From Octopus vulgaris (taxonomy: Eukaryota), in assembly GCA_951406725.2 (NCBI GenBank), contig OX597814.1, positions 135,222,001 through 135,286,000 on the forward strand: 64,000 nt of DNA, read 5' to 3'. The notes under the pieces were generated by a model. It saw only the letters and a program-made list of their open reading frames with translations, did no database searches and was not told the DNA's origin. Of the stretch, positions 1 to 12,137 are shown in pieces. A program made the position numbers and the translations under genes. Positions within the stretch are counted from its first letter, which is position 1; every line of letters starts with the position of its first letter.

Positions 1-57
1 AAAAAAAAAAGAAAGAGAAGTATAGAGAGAAAGTGAGATAGATAGATAGATAGACAG

Positions 58-93
<36 letters not shown>

Positions 94-568
94 TGAGTAG
101 TACAGAAAGAGAATATCTGTGGGCTGGAGTCTATTGGTGTGTAACTTCATCTTAATCAGTAGGGTGGCTTTTTCTTCAATGCAGTCTTAGATGTCCATAT
201 TCACTACAGTATTATTTGGTGCATAGCATAATTGTGTACTCCATTGTAATGAATTCATGTTCTGTATCTGGTATATTATAAGCATGGCCTTTTGGGCATT
301 GCTAATTCATTTCAAACATAAGAAATGTTATTGAGATGCCTTGTTTTAAAAATTAATACTATAGAAAAGGAGGGAAAACACCTGTAATTTTTGCAAGCTC
401 TCCCAGGTTGGTTAGATTGTGGTTTAATGTACAGTGTGAACCTGTAGGTCAAATCCTAGATGGCAAAATTATAGGCATAGCAAGAGATTCAGAAGATAGT
501 AGTTCTGAGGGAAAATTAATTGAGTAAGTAATAATTGAAAAGTAGAGAGACAGACAGTTATAGCACGT

Positions 569-569
<1 letters not shown>

Positions 570-617
<48 letters not shown>

Positions 618-710
618 TGAAACATACACACACACATACACTGGGACACGCACATACATTTACAAAGGTACACATAGGTAATTACAAGTTTAAAATGGTG
701 TATAGTAGAC

Positions 711-745
<35 letters not shown>

Positions 746-762
746 TGTATGTATGTATGTGT
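570..762. repeat. (CA)n and (TATG)n microsatellites
   Basis: Direct inspection; they generate the spurious ORFs at 449-998. Confidence 0.95.
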
Positions 763-984
763 GTATCTGTGTGAGTTTCTTTGCGATGGACAGGTCACCT
801 GTGAACAATTGTCATCAACTTAACCCCTCTCTCCTTAAAGTTATGTATTCCTCACACCCACCTTTCTTCCCCTTCCTCAGAGTTTTAAAAGTTACTTATG
901 TGCATGTGTGTGTGTGCATTGTGTGTGTGTATGTGTATGCATGTATCTATGTATTCATGAAAGTATGTATGCAATGTTGCGTGT

Positions 985-1313
985 ATATCCCTAAATGACA
1001 GCTGTATTAACGTTATCAACCCACTGCCACTCCATATTCGTCACTTACACAACTTTGTTCTCCCCTTCCCTGATATCAGCCACACTCACAATGCCACTAC
1101 ATTTCATCTCACACAAACACTTTTGCACCCTTTTCATTTCATCAAATAATAGCCCAACTGAATAAAATAAATGAATTGACTGGTAACACTGGGAAAGCAC
1201 TCCCCCACTAGGAGCCCATTATAAATTTCTATGTCAAGATTGGTTCACTGGTGTAGGCATCAATATGGTAACATACAGATAGACAGACAGAAATTGCCAT
1301 TTATGTATAAGAT
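985..1313 (-). mobile_element. Non-autonomous Helitron-like fragment (5' end)
   Basis: Minus strand starts A|TCTTATACATAAATGG followed by (TCTG)n; same style of TC terminus as the element ending at 35066. Confidence 0.4.
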
Positions 1314-1330
1314 ATATATATATATATATA

Positions 1331-1770
1331 TGGAGAAGTGCTGTTAGGACTGGTTGCAATACCTGGAAGGAAAAGATGATTAAGCACTCTGAGCTTAAAA
1401 GGGCCTGTCGCTAAGGAACAATTGGGACTGTAATCAACAGTGAACATTGGATATGTATTATATGCGATCATGTTCTGTTGTCAAAAGCAGAATACCTGAA
1501 TCATATGAAGTTACATCAAAATTGGAATGCCTAGATAATCTTGGACACCAGCCGCCTCTTATGACTTGTGCCATATGTCACAAAACTTGTAAGACAATAT
1601 CAGGACTTAAAAGACATATCAGTTCACAAAAACATTCCTTCAGAATTAGATTCCAAAGAGCAATGATATAGAAGAAACTTGAATAATATCTGTCACTTGT
1701 GTTTTAAACCCTGTCAATCAGCAGCTGGTCTTAAAAGTCATCTGAGGACTCATCAGTGGAGTGATTGTGC
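1331..1770 (+). pseudogene. 3' end of an RTE-type LINE ORF with three C2H2 zinc fingers (stop and frameshift present)
   Basis: Translates WRSAVRTGCNTWKEKMIKHSELKRACR*G...CIICDHVLLSKAEYLNHMKLH, then CAICHKTCKTISGLKRHISSQKH, then [21 protein letters not shown]; flanked by (TA)n. Confidence 0.75.
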
Positions 1771-1825
1771 TATGTATATATATATATGTATATATATCTA
1801 AATGTATATATACATTTTTATATAT

Positions 1826-1882
<57 letters not shown>

Positions 1883-1902
1883 ATATATATATATATATAT
1901 GT

Positions 1903-2209
1903 GGAGGTGCAATGGCCCAGTGGTTAGGGCAGCAGACTCTCGGTCGTAGGATCACAGTTTCGATTCCCAGACCGGGCGTTGTGAGTGTTTATTGAGCAAA
2001 AACACCTAAAGCTCCACAAGGCTCCGGCGGGGGTGGGGGTGATCCCTGTTGTATTCTTTCACCACAACTTTCTCTCACTCTTTCTTTTGTTGGCCTGCTC
2101 ACTTAGCCAGCGGGGTGGCGTCATTGAAGGCTAAAACAATGCGAAGCACATTATGACCAGCGATGTGTAGCAACATCTGATGGCCTGATCGGTCACGTGA
2201 TCATGTGAT
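1903..2209 (+). mobile_element. tRNA-derived SINE
   Basis: Pol III A box TGGCCCAGTGG (1913-1923), B box GTTTCGATTCC (1957-1967), non-tRNA body and CACGTGAT-type tail; lies within a (TA)n tract. Confidence 0.85.
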
Positions 2210-2223
2210 ATATATATATATAT

Positions 2224-2377
2224 GCCAGAGGGCGCACACTCTCCTACCCTGATGTAATCTCCAGGGATACAGGCATCCAGCAACAGGACCTCCGTAATGC
2301 TATGATGGTCCATGAAGTCTGGCGTAGCATGGTAAATTCCATTGTCTCGACCACAGTCGAACAATGATGATGATGAT
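2224..2377 (+). mobile_element. LINE (RTE-like) 3' terminus
   Basis: Open frame ARGRTLSYPDVISRDTGIQQQDLRNAMMVHEVWRSMVNSIVSTTVEQ* ending in a (TGA)n tail. Confidence 0.7.
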
Positions 2378-2384
2378 ATATATA

Positions 2385-2520
2385 CATGTTTGGTAAAAGA
2401 GTCTCTTAGAATAAGTACTAAGCCTTAAGAAGTAAGCACTGGGTTTGATTCATTCAATTCAAATGATTCAAGGTGGTGCCCCAGCATGGCTGCAGTCCAA
2501 TGACTGAAACAAGTATAAAA
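2385..2520 (+). mobile_element. 3' fragment of the abundant SINE family (GGTGCCCCAGCATGGC...TGACTGAAACAAGTA tail)
   Basis: Same tail as the copies at about 23570, 29760 and 45630. Confidence 0.75.
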
Positions 2521-2559
2521 GGCAAGATACATACATATATGCATATCTAACAATGCTGG

Positions 2560-2985
2560 TGCTGCCCTGCAACCTTAGACACTTTTAGTGACACCTACTT
2601 TTTTCTTTTTAAAATTGCATCTAGCCATCTTAATTATTTTATAATTTTCACATTACCATTTTGCTGAATCAGCCATTGATTCCTATTGAAAATTCTATAA
2701 ATACTGACAAGTGGAATTTAGCTTCACCACCAGCAATGGAGTAGCGTTACCAGTGAGCATTAATTTCATGCAAAATTGGCCTGCCTATCTGATACCCTCA
2801 CTTGCCGTGGGGAGGTTGTCTCCCTTGTCAGTACATAGAGCCATGCTTTGTTCTTGGCTAAAATGTCTTTGACTCTTGTTTCTAGCAATTCTAGTGCTAC
2901 CCTGCACCCTTAGTCACTTTTAGTGATGGTGAATTTTTTCCTTTTTGGTTTTAAATTGTGTCTAGCCACCTTAATTATTTTATAT
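2560..2985. repeat. Unclassified repeat with an internal ~80-bp direct duplication
   Basis: CCCTGCAACCTTAGACACTTTTAGTGA...TCTAGCCATCTTAATTATTTTATA (about 2563-2643) recurs at about 2899-2984. Confidence 0.55.
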
Positions 2986-2987
2986 AT

Positions 2988-3028
<41 letters not shown>

Positions 3029-3804
3029 TGAATTCCCTCTATGGATACTTTACTGTTCAATAATACTAGTTACTTCCTTTATTCTTCTCATCATCCACAA
3101 TTAGAATTAATCAGAAGGTATTTTGGAAATTTTGTTTCAATACTGAGACATTTTAAAGAATATGTTATTTTTGGGAGACCTTGGAAATCAATGGAACTAA
3201 TTGAAAGATTGTATCTTTAGCAAGCATTGAAGTTGTATAACAAGAGCAGAATGCAACAGATTGATGGGAAGCGATGAATAGAGAGGGAGATAGATTTGGA
3301 TAGCAAAAGAAATGAGAAAGAAGGGGATATAAAGAACATTGTAGGTAGACAAGAAATTATTAAGAGAGGATAGTGATAGGAGAGAGAAAAAGGGAAATGC
3401 TGAGTGAATTAATAAGAAACAAGAAAAGAAAGATGAATCGAGAATGAAAAAGTGAGGAAAATGAAGAAACAGTACAGAAGAGGATGGATAGAGTAGGAAA
3501 AGGAATGAAGAAAAATATTATTATAACAATAAGAGAAACAAACTAGGAGTGTCAAGGGAGAGAGAAGAGATAAAAGCATATAAATATGTGTAAACATATT
3601 TGTGTATAAAAAATATATATTACGTCTCAGTATTACTACTGAGAGGTAATATTTATCCCCATTTAAACGTGGATATTCTGTTAGAACAAACTATACTGTG
3701 GTAGATACCATGAGAAAAACTCTCATATTGGCTTTTGGTGCAAAATGTACTCTTGTTTATATCGCTGGTAGGGAGATAAATCCCGGCCATCTCCAGTGCC
3801 AAGA

Positions 3805-3851
3805 CCATCAGATCATGTGATTTTAACCTTCCTTGGTCTTGTCAGTGATGG
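3805..3851 (-). ncRNA. Degenerate minimal type I hammerhead ribozyme, copy 1
   Basis: Minus strand: CCATCA CTGACaA GACC aaggaa GGTT aAAA TCA CA TGA TC TGATGG. Stem I is perfect and stem III near-palindromic; two core G>A changes. Confidence 0.7.
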
Positions 3852-4155
3852 ACACTCAATCACTAGAGATAACAGTAACTCATCTCCCTGCCAGCGATAT
3901 ATATATAGAAAAACAGTGCCAGAACAGGCTCTGGAGTCGTAGTTAGCCAATGAGCTTGTTAAAAAATATATATTAGTGACAGAGGTAATATTAATACTAA
4001 GAGGTAACCCCACTTAAATGAGGATGTTCTGTTAGAACAAACTATACTGCAGTAGATACCATGAGAGAAATTCTCATATTAGCTTTTGGTGCAAAATGCA
4101 CTTTTATTTACATCGCTAGCAAAGAGATAAATGACCACCATTTCCAGGACCAAGA

Positions 4156-4202
4156 CCATGAGATCATGTGATTTCAACCTTCTTTAGTTTCGTCAATGAT
4201 GG
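4156..4202 (-). ncRNA. Degenerate minimal type I hammerhead ribozyme, copy 2
   Basis: Minus strand: CCATCA tTGACGA AACT aaagaa GGTT GAAA TCA CA TGA TC TCATGG. GAAA intact; C3>T. Confidence 0.7.
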
Positions 4203-5309
4203 ATGATTGACCACCCTTCATCTTCGTTTTAGATTTGTTTTTCCATACTGGCATGGGTTGAATGGGTCTGCCTCACCTCGCATACATAGAAATATAGAAA
4301 ACTGACCAACTTTGGACTTGTACGTGACTTCATTTAATATACTTTTAATGATGCTACCACTAGAACTAGATAGACTGACCCATAGAAGAAGACCTCTCTA
4401 TTCTACCAGTTATTATTTGAAGTTACTGTTCTCCTAGATAGGTTGCTTTTAACATAGTTTGCATCAGTACATTCATTTGTATATTCAGTTTTTAGCTTGG
4501 CATCTTTTGTTGTGTGCTCTTACCAGTCACTTTACTTAGTACATTTTATTATGGCAGTAACACAATAAGATGTGTATATGTGTATGTGTACACACACACA
4601 CACACATTCACATATGCATACAGATGGACACAGGGTACTCAATTGCCCATGAAATCTCAATGCAGGATTGAAACTAATCCAGCTGATCTCCTCTTTTATC
4701 TGCAAAGCTACTAAACATAAGGATAGGTTGTTTACACCTGTCTATTACATATGGTGTTGGCTAAAAATCTATAGATATATTCAGTAATATAGGCTAGCAC
4801 ACAAACACATATATTTATACATGCATTTACAGATAAATAGTTATACTTACGCAATTACCAAGGGAGAAATAGAAAGTGTGTGTTTTTGAGCAAAGGAAAA
4901 TAGAGTAAAATATTTTACTGGAAAAGGGAGAAACTGATGAGACAGAAAATACGTCACTGAGAGATAAGTGAGTGAAATAGATAAATGAAGAGAAATTATG
5001 ATGAATAGAAAAGAAAAAGGAGGAGCAATAATTTCATTATATTTATGTATGTATGTGTGTGTGTGTGTGGGGGGGGTAGTTAGTCTTTGTAAAAGAGGGA
5101 AAAAGAGAATACAAATAAACAAATAAATATACTTTTGTTTGAATGAAATCACTTTCGGACAATGGTTCTCAGAATTCTTTTTCTTTTCAGTCTGTGATTT
5201 TCATTATTGTAGATATAAATGAAAAACAAGAAACCAGAAAAAAAAAAGTAATAGACAGACAGTAATTTTTATTTTCAGTTCAGTTGATTTTACCACAATT
5301 GTTGACATT

Positions 5310-5313
<4 letters not shown>

Positions 5314-5382
<69 letters not shown>
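5314..5382. repeat. (TA)n microsatellite
   Basis: Direct inspection. Confidence 0.95.
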
Positions 5383-5385
<3 letters not shown>

Positions 5386-5959
5386 ATCAACATATTGAAT
5401 AAAATAACCTAATTTTTGTACTGATGGGTCAAATTCTGTTAATATATTCGCAATTTTTAGGAATAATTTTCATGAAAATAGGACCTACCACCCAACCCAT
5501 TATTCCTAAATAGTACAGGGAGTGGTTATTAAGTTGTGAACACAATTACTGCATTGAACACAGACTTATATAACTTATTTGAGTATGAAAAACTATTAGT
5601 TGAATGGTGGAAAGCGAAGAAGAGTGTTTAGCTGTACAACAATTATGTGCAACAATGGTCATAGCATTTCAGCTATGATCATCCTTTCTTTTGTGCAAAA
5701 ATTTAGACTTACATTATCTAATGCATCCTTGGTGTTTTTTTTTTAAAACTATGGGGATGTGTAATTTGAGGAGTTGCTATTTCCAGTAAGTGAGATGATG
5801 ATGTTGAGGTGTCCCCATTACCTTAAATTTCCTTTGAGAAACATAGGGCTGTCTAACTGTTAAAGCAAAGCTATGCTAAGCTCTACATTGTAGTTGAATA
5901 CTTGGTGTAATACTTGCTACAAAATAGCTATCAAACTCACTGTAGGATATTAAGAAGTC

Positions 5960-6610
5960 TGTCTCAAGCGGCCTGCCCTTGAGCAAGTCCATCTCCAGTA
6001 CTCTCTAACCTGTGCTGTTCTCTTCATTGGGTGGTATAACTTCCTCTGCCTAATACCATCCATCATCATTGCTCTCCTTCTTCCTCTGTCTTCTCCCCTG
6101 TGTTCTCCACTCTATCACTGTGCACTGTAGCCCCTCTGACCTCATAACATGTCCTATCCATCTTGCTTTCCTTCTCTAGATGATATCCAACAAATATCAC
6201 TTTTCCCCAACTCTCTTAAACACCTCTTCATTGCTCATATGGTCCATCCAACAGATCTTTCCCATTCACCTCTAGAACCATTTCATAACTCATTAGTCTC
6301 CTAACATCAGTCTTCTTGATGGTCCGTGTTTCTGGGCCATAGAGGGGCACACTTCATACTAGAGTTTTCACTAACTTCTTCTTCATATTACACTTCAAGC
6401 TTTTGGTGAGCAGTGTTTTATGTTAGTTGAATTCAGTTTTGGTCTTGGGAATTCTTGCTCTGATTTTGATTTCCCTCTCATTTCTCCCATCCTCCATTAG
6501 AAGGCATCTAAGATATTATTGAATCTGCTCTAGTTGATTTCAATTGATGTTGATTTGCAGATTCTCTTCGCTGCTCTTTCTAATTTTCATTATTTTGGTC
6601 TTGTGATACA
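5960..6610 (-). pseudogene. RTE LINE C-terminal RT/3' fragment
   Basis: Minus strand reads ...MGKICWMDHMSNEEVFKRVGEK*YLLDII*RRKARWIGHVMRSEG...GRRRAMMMDGIR...AQVREYWR, typical of RTE C-termini. Confidence 0.8.
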
Positions 6611-7142
6611 TGATGGATATCAAGAAGTACAGTGTTTTAATAACACAAAAAGTAGAGATAAGGGAGATTCTAAGCAGTTGCCCATGTGAAAATATATAAT
6701 TACTAAATACCCTTCAGCTCTCACTCTACTGGTTTAAAAAGGAAGGGCACATTGCTTAATATTATCTTAGATATATTTTGCTTGAAAAAAGACGGATGGT
6801 CATTATTGGAACACTTTTGGTCATATATCTGATCAATAAGTGCTGAGTACAACAGCAATAACATGTGCTGAAAGATAGCAATATATATTTGACTATCCAC
6901 ACTAACAAAGAAGCACTCTTAAGTTAGTAGAAAGAGGAATGTTATTTAGTTATGATACCAACTTAACAACACATTCTTCTCAGTAACTGATAATCATTTC
7001 TGGAAAAGGTAATATAGATTTACACTTCTTCAATAGTATAGTCTGCTGGTTTCAAAATAAAGTTAAACCTACCCAGAAATGACTGGAACATATGAACTGC
7101 ATTTATAATGTTTCATGTATTTGCTTAAAGACCTATAAAAGT

Positions 7143-8674
7143 TTTTATATCCTTCTATATGCTGGATATACAGATTTCAAGCTGTTATAGATAGATAGCG
7201 GAGATAGATACAACTGTCTTCACATGGCATACTTCAAATTCACTAAACACGATACTGCAATAAATACAAACTTTTAATGACCTCAACAACTTTCTGCGAC
7301 TTCCACGAGCTCTCAACAACTCCTACAACTTCTATCATCTCAACCAATACTCTTCTCTTTATAAGAGTTTAGCTAATTCATTCTTCCGATTCCACAGGGG
7401 TGTCAATGACTCTTGCCACAGCATCTCCCCTTTGAGATTTACTTCCTAGGGAAGTTTAATATTCCTTCCATTTAGGTACTACTTCCAATTGTTCTGTTTA
7501 TTTCCTCTTTCTTGTGCTGCTACGTCTAGGTTCGACTTCTTGTGGCGTTGGAACATCAAATGTGTCATAAAGTACTTCCAAGGTATCTCTTTTCTTTTTT
7601 TCGTATATCTATTTTTTAGCTATTTTAAATGTCTTTTGTGTTCCCATTTTTGCCTATTCCTTTTGTTACCACTCCATCTTCCTAACCATCTCTTCCGTTT
7701 TTATATATTTTGAAAAACTTCTTGTCACCAATATTAAAATACTTTGTCATATTTTCAGTGTTTTCCCTATTTGTTTTTCTTACTGGTAACAGCTTGTCAA
7801 AAATTGACTTTATTTTTCAAGTAAACATTAGTTTTGCTGGCGACTTGCCTGAACAAGTGTTTGGGTTTGGTGTTATCCTATAAACCCTCAAGAATTGTGT
7901 CAATGCGGCATCATTTACTAGCTCGTTTCTTGATTTCTTTAATGCTCTTTTAAATGTATCCTCGAACCATTCTATTTGCCCATTTGATCTTGGATGATAT
8001 GGTGGAGTAAAGATGTGTTCAATTGTGTACATTTGCCAAAATTTTTTAACTCAAACTGTGTACCGTTATTGGATACTATGGTGTCCAGGACACCATATCC
8101 TGCAAAGAGTTCATGAAGCAATTATATTGTTACCATAGAGGTTTGTTTCCTACATCTACATATTTCCAGCCACTTAGTGTAACTATCTACTATAATCAGG
8201 TAATACACGCCATTTACTTTTCCAGCAGAATCTGTATGAAGCCTGGTCCATGGACTGTTGGTTTTAGGCCACAGTTGGAATTTTACTGGTGGTGACTTAT
8301 CTGCAAGGGCACAACCTCTGCAAGATTTCACTGGCTCTTCAATGTCTCAGTTCATTGTAGTCCAATATATGTAACTTTTTATTAGTGATTTCATTCTCGT
8401 TACCACCTTTATATCCTTCTATACATTGGATATATATTCATGAAGTGGGGATAGATACAACTGTCTTCACATGACATACTTCAAATTACTCCACTAAGCA
8501 TGATATTCCAATAAATGCAAACTCTCAATGATCTCAACGACTTCCTACAGCCTTCATGAACTCTCAATGACTCCTATGATTTCTGTCATCTCAACCAATA
8601 CACTACTCTTTATAAGAGTTCAGCTAGACCATTCTTCCAATCCCACAAGGGTGTCAATGACTCTTGCCACAACA
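7143..8674 (-). mobile_element. Internally deleted Gypsy (Mag/K02A2.6-like) LTR retrotransposon: LTR-PBS-integrase-PPT-LTR
   Basis: Direct repeats at 7143-7423 and about 8407-8674 begin TGYTGTGGCAAGAG on the minus strand. PBS-like TGGTAACGAG (8405-8396), PPT AAAGGGGAGA (7433-7424), 5-bp TSD AAAGT (7138-7142 and 8675-8679). Confidence 0.85.
7430..8397 (-). pseudogene. Decayed Gypsy integrase
   Basis: RMKSLIKSYIYW...VKSCRGCALADKSPP...WTRLHTDSAG...LIIVDSYTKWLE and HIFTPPYHPRSNGQIEWFEDTFKRAL...YRITPN...SPAKL (ORFs 8122-8331 and 7817-8032). Confidence 0.9.
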
Positions 8675-8884
8675 AAAGTAGAAACTGCAAAGCCCCTAAA
8701 AACCAGAAGAAAGCAATGTTGCAAAGCTTAAAAGAAGAGAACAATCTAACCTGAGAATGGTTGTATGTATATGATGTAAAAAATGGGAATCATATATTGC
8801 TATGGAACGAAATTTCCACAGTAGTTGTTAGTGAATCACAGTGGAAACTTAGGAAAATCAAAGAAGCATATAGAAGAATATAGC

Positions 8885-9035
8885 ATTTCATCTGTCTGTA
8901 TGATCTGAATTCAAATTCTACTGCAGTTGCCTTTGCCTAGGTCAATAAAATAAGTGCCAGTTGAGCACTGGGGTTAATATAATCAACTACATCCTCCCCT
9001 GGAATTGCTGGCCTTGTGCCAAAATTTGAAATTAA
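8885..9035 (+). mobile_element. tRNA-SINE family A, 5'-truncated
   Basis: Shares the GAATTCAAATTC...GGTCAATAAAATAAGTGCCAG...GGCCTTGTGCCAAAATTTGAAA body with 10875-11087. Confidence 0.75.
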
Positions 9036-9170
9036 TATTACTGCCATTTATGGAAAATATATTTAAATAATATAACATCAAGTTGTACATTGTGTCTGTA
9101 GATAAGTGTTCATATCCTTTGTTTAGAAATAAAGTTTTCTCATTTGAATTCAATCCAGTATTGTGTACAT

Positions 9171-9219
<49 letters not shown>
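9171..9219. repeat. (CAT)n microsatellite
   Basis: Direct inspection. Confidence 0.95.
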
Positions 9220-9220
<1 letters not shown>

Positions 9221-10874
9221 ATTGTGTACATATCCAGGAATAAAATGCCTGGTGATGATTGGAGATTAATAATTTGTAAAATTATAATCTTATTAACTTA
9301 ATATTGAGCATCAACTGTGTACCAAATATTTCCATTATCATGAAAACACTACAATCCAGTATAATAAAGACACTGAGTTCATGATACCAATATTGCATGT
9401 ACAATGGTAACTAAACTAGATAATATTCCTTTTTCTATTGTAGAGTTCTTTCTTCTAAAGAAATGTATTTCTTGTGTCAATATTGAAATTGGTTTGCTGG
9501 AAAATTAATTTAAAACACAATTCCCCTGCCACACCTTGGGGTTTCTATGTGGTATCTTAACATTTTAGAAATAATAGCTAAGCCAACCTAAAAATACACC
9601 CTAAGCATCTTAGAAGAATAGGAGTCCCTTGGGATAATGCTGTCAGATAAAGGAAAATGGGATGGTCATGACAGGAAGGCCATGGACTGAATGGCCTATC
9701 TGTTTCTGTTCAGGGCTGACTTGGACGTCAAACAACAACAGCATGACATTATATCCTTAAAATCTTTATCAAAGTGTGTGTGTGAGAGTGCACACATGCA
9801 AGAGAGAGAGAGAGAAAAACAGAGAGAGAGAGAGAGTTGGATGAGTTATTAGAGTAACAGCTAAGTGATTGAATAGTCATTATTTTGTATCTTATCACTG
9901 ATGCTGCACCGTATCTATAACTAAGATACTTAATATTTTCTGGCACACTCAACCCAAATGTGACACAGGATGTGCATGTTATTACTTTTAAAAGTGGAAG
10001 TATAATATAGCTAATAAGTGTATATTTTGACTCACATTGCTGAATCCAAATGTACAATGTGTATAGCTTTGATGTCAGTAGGGAAAATGACCTATTCATA
10101 AATGTCAAGCGATTGACTGTTTTAACTCTAGCATGGAATAAATATTGATTGATTGATATGTAAATATGAGAGCATATGTGTGATTATATTGATTAAATGC
10201 TGTTGAAATATATCAATTAGAAACACTTTCCAGTACCAGTTAATGAAAGAATTAGTTTGAAAATCTCATCAGGAAAGGACATATAACTGTGCAATATAAA
10301 TATAAGCTCAGATTGTTATAATTGCATTCTTACTCAGAAAATGTCAGCATTGCTACCACCACTCCAAATCTACTCTTACTTCTGTCCTTTTTCTATGCTT
10401 GTGAAAGGCAAATATCAGTAATAACTGTTGCTGGAGAGAGATTCTTTGGGTTGTTTATGTTGGTTTACTTACAATTAGAAAATAAGTTGGAGCACAAGCC
10501 TGAGTAAGGATAAAACTGTAGTCCAGTTATGGCAGAGACAAATATAATTAATAAACAAACCATTGTCATTATTGTGGTTAGCATTGCTACTATAATTGCT
10601 TCTTTGCTTCCTCCTCCTCATCAATGTTAAGAACATTTTTCATTCTTTGTTTTCAATATCCTTGGAATTTTGGGATATTGTCACATGATAGAGTGTTTAT
10701 ATGTTGTATGATTTGTACCAAGTGTTTTGATATTTTGATAAGTTTTTGGAGAATTTACTCTCAAGGAAAGCATGGATGCTAGAACTTATTATTTATGTCA
10801 CTCTCCTATGAAGTGTGGCAGCTTTATCTTTTATCTTTTTAGAAGCCATTGAAATAACAACAATATTCTAACAA

Positions 10875-11087
10875 GGTGGCAAGCTGGCAGAATTGTTAGT
10901 ACATTAGGCAAAATGCTTAGTGGCATTTTGTTGTCTTTGCATTCTGAGTTCAAATTCTGCTGAGGTTGACCTTGCTTTTCATCCTTTTAGGGTCAATAAA
11001 ATAAGTACCAGTTGAGCACTGGGGTCGATGTAATTAACTTTTCCCCTCCCCCAAAATTGCTGGCCTTGTGCCAGAATTTGAAATCAA
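10875..11087 (+). mobile_element. tRNA-SINE family A, full length
   Basis: GGTGGCAAGCTGGCAGAA head, B box GAGTTCAAATTC, conserved CTTTTCATCCTTTT...ATAAAATAAGTACCAG core; flanking repeat CAATATTCTAA (10861-10871 and 11085-11095). Confidence 0.85.
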
Positions 11088-11356
11088 TATTCTAAAAACA
11101 ATATTCCTCAACAGTAGTCATTCCTTTATGCTTCCAGTCAAAAAGTCTTTATGCTCAAGAAAGATATTGTTCTTTACGGTTGTGTTTAGCCCCAGGTGTA
11201 ACTGGGCAAACCTATTTATAATCAAAAGTGTTCTATCCATGAATATCCTGTCCTTTCTTTTTAAGATTGCAGGATGTGATTTAAGGGACTTTTGGCTGCT
11301 AGCTCTAGCAAGTTGGACTTCTTCATTAGCTCTTTACTCTATTAGGTTTAATACCC

Positions 11357-12137
11357 AGAATCTTTTCTGTTTGGCTTTCATTTTTCAATTCCTTCAATTT
11401 TGTTCCAATTAATTTCAAATTTGGTGTATTGCTGTAGTTTTGTATACTAATTATGAAAATGAAATTCCTTTATGTCATAAATTAATAAATAAAAAATTAA
11501 TGCTTTTAAAGTTGGAAAATTTTGGGTAATTTTAGCCAATTGAAAGCCACAGACATATAGGTGCCTGTTTCTGTAGTAACAAACCAAGCTATTGTGTAGT
11601 TGCTTACCTGTACATTGCTGTCCTGTCTACCATTCTATGGATGTCTCATATCTGCAAGTTTGTGTGGTGCAGGAGATATGAAAATTGTTATTTCTTTGAC
11701 AAACTCTTGGAGTGCATCGCAAACTTTCGTGTTTGAGTTTTTACTGCAAAATATGTATTGTTTACATGAACTACAGTTTGCTTTTTGTAATTTAACATTG
11801 TTTCAGTTTCATTTTTTTTCTTCTTTTTTGGTAATCTTCCCCATTACATGCCTATTCCAACATTTCACATGACTTTATTCATTAAAGCTTATTTAAAAAA
11901 AACTTCTGTCAAATGTTTTGTCGTTGTAATGTCGTCATCATGCACAAAATGCCAGCTTCCAAATCTTGTTTTCTGATTGGGTAAAAATGATAAAACTTTA
12001 AACCTCTGTAACATTTTTCTAAAATTTTTCTGGAACAATATCAGATTCAGCATGAAAATTTACATCAATATACCAGATTTGAAATTTTTCACTTAATTTT
12101 AAAATTTCAAAAAGTGAAACCAAACAGAAAAGATTCT
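11357..12137. mobile_element. MITE or non-autonomous DNA transposon with long imperfect TIRs
   Basis: AGAATCTTTTCTGTTTGG...TTTCAAATTTGGTGTATTGCTGTAG at the left end is the reverse complement of TTACATCAATATACCAGATTTGAAA...CCAAACAGAAAAGATTCT at the right (about 90 bp). Confidence 0.8.

Larger units (their letters stand above)
3641..4203 (-). repeat. Two tandem ~350-bp units, each carrying a degenerate type I hammerhead motif (Penelope pLTR or retrozyme-like)
   Basis: 3641-3851 aligns with about 4000-4203; HHR motifs at 3805-3851 and 4156-4202. Partial copies of the unit at about 32197-32262 and 33922-33972. Confidence 0.75.

Noticed and set aside
1447-1671. Stand-alone C2H2 transcription factor gene
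   Set aside because: It is embedded in a frameshifted LINE tail with an in-frame stop and has no exon structure.
1903-1975. tRNA gene
   Set aside because: A and B boxes are present, but the cloverleaf is imperfect and continues into a SINE body without a poly-T terminator.
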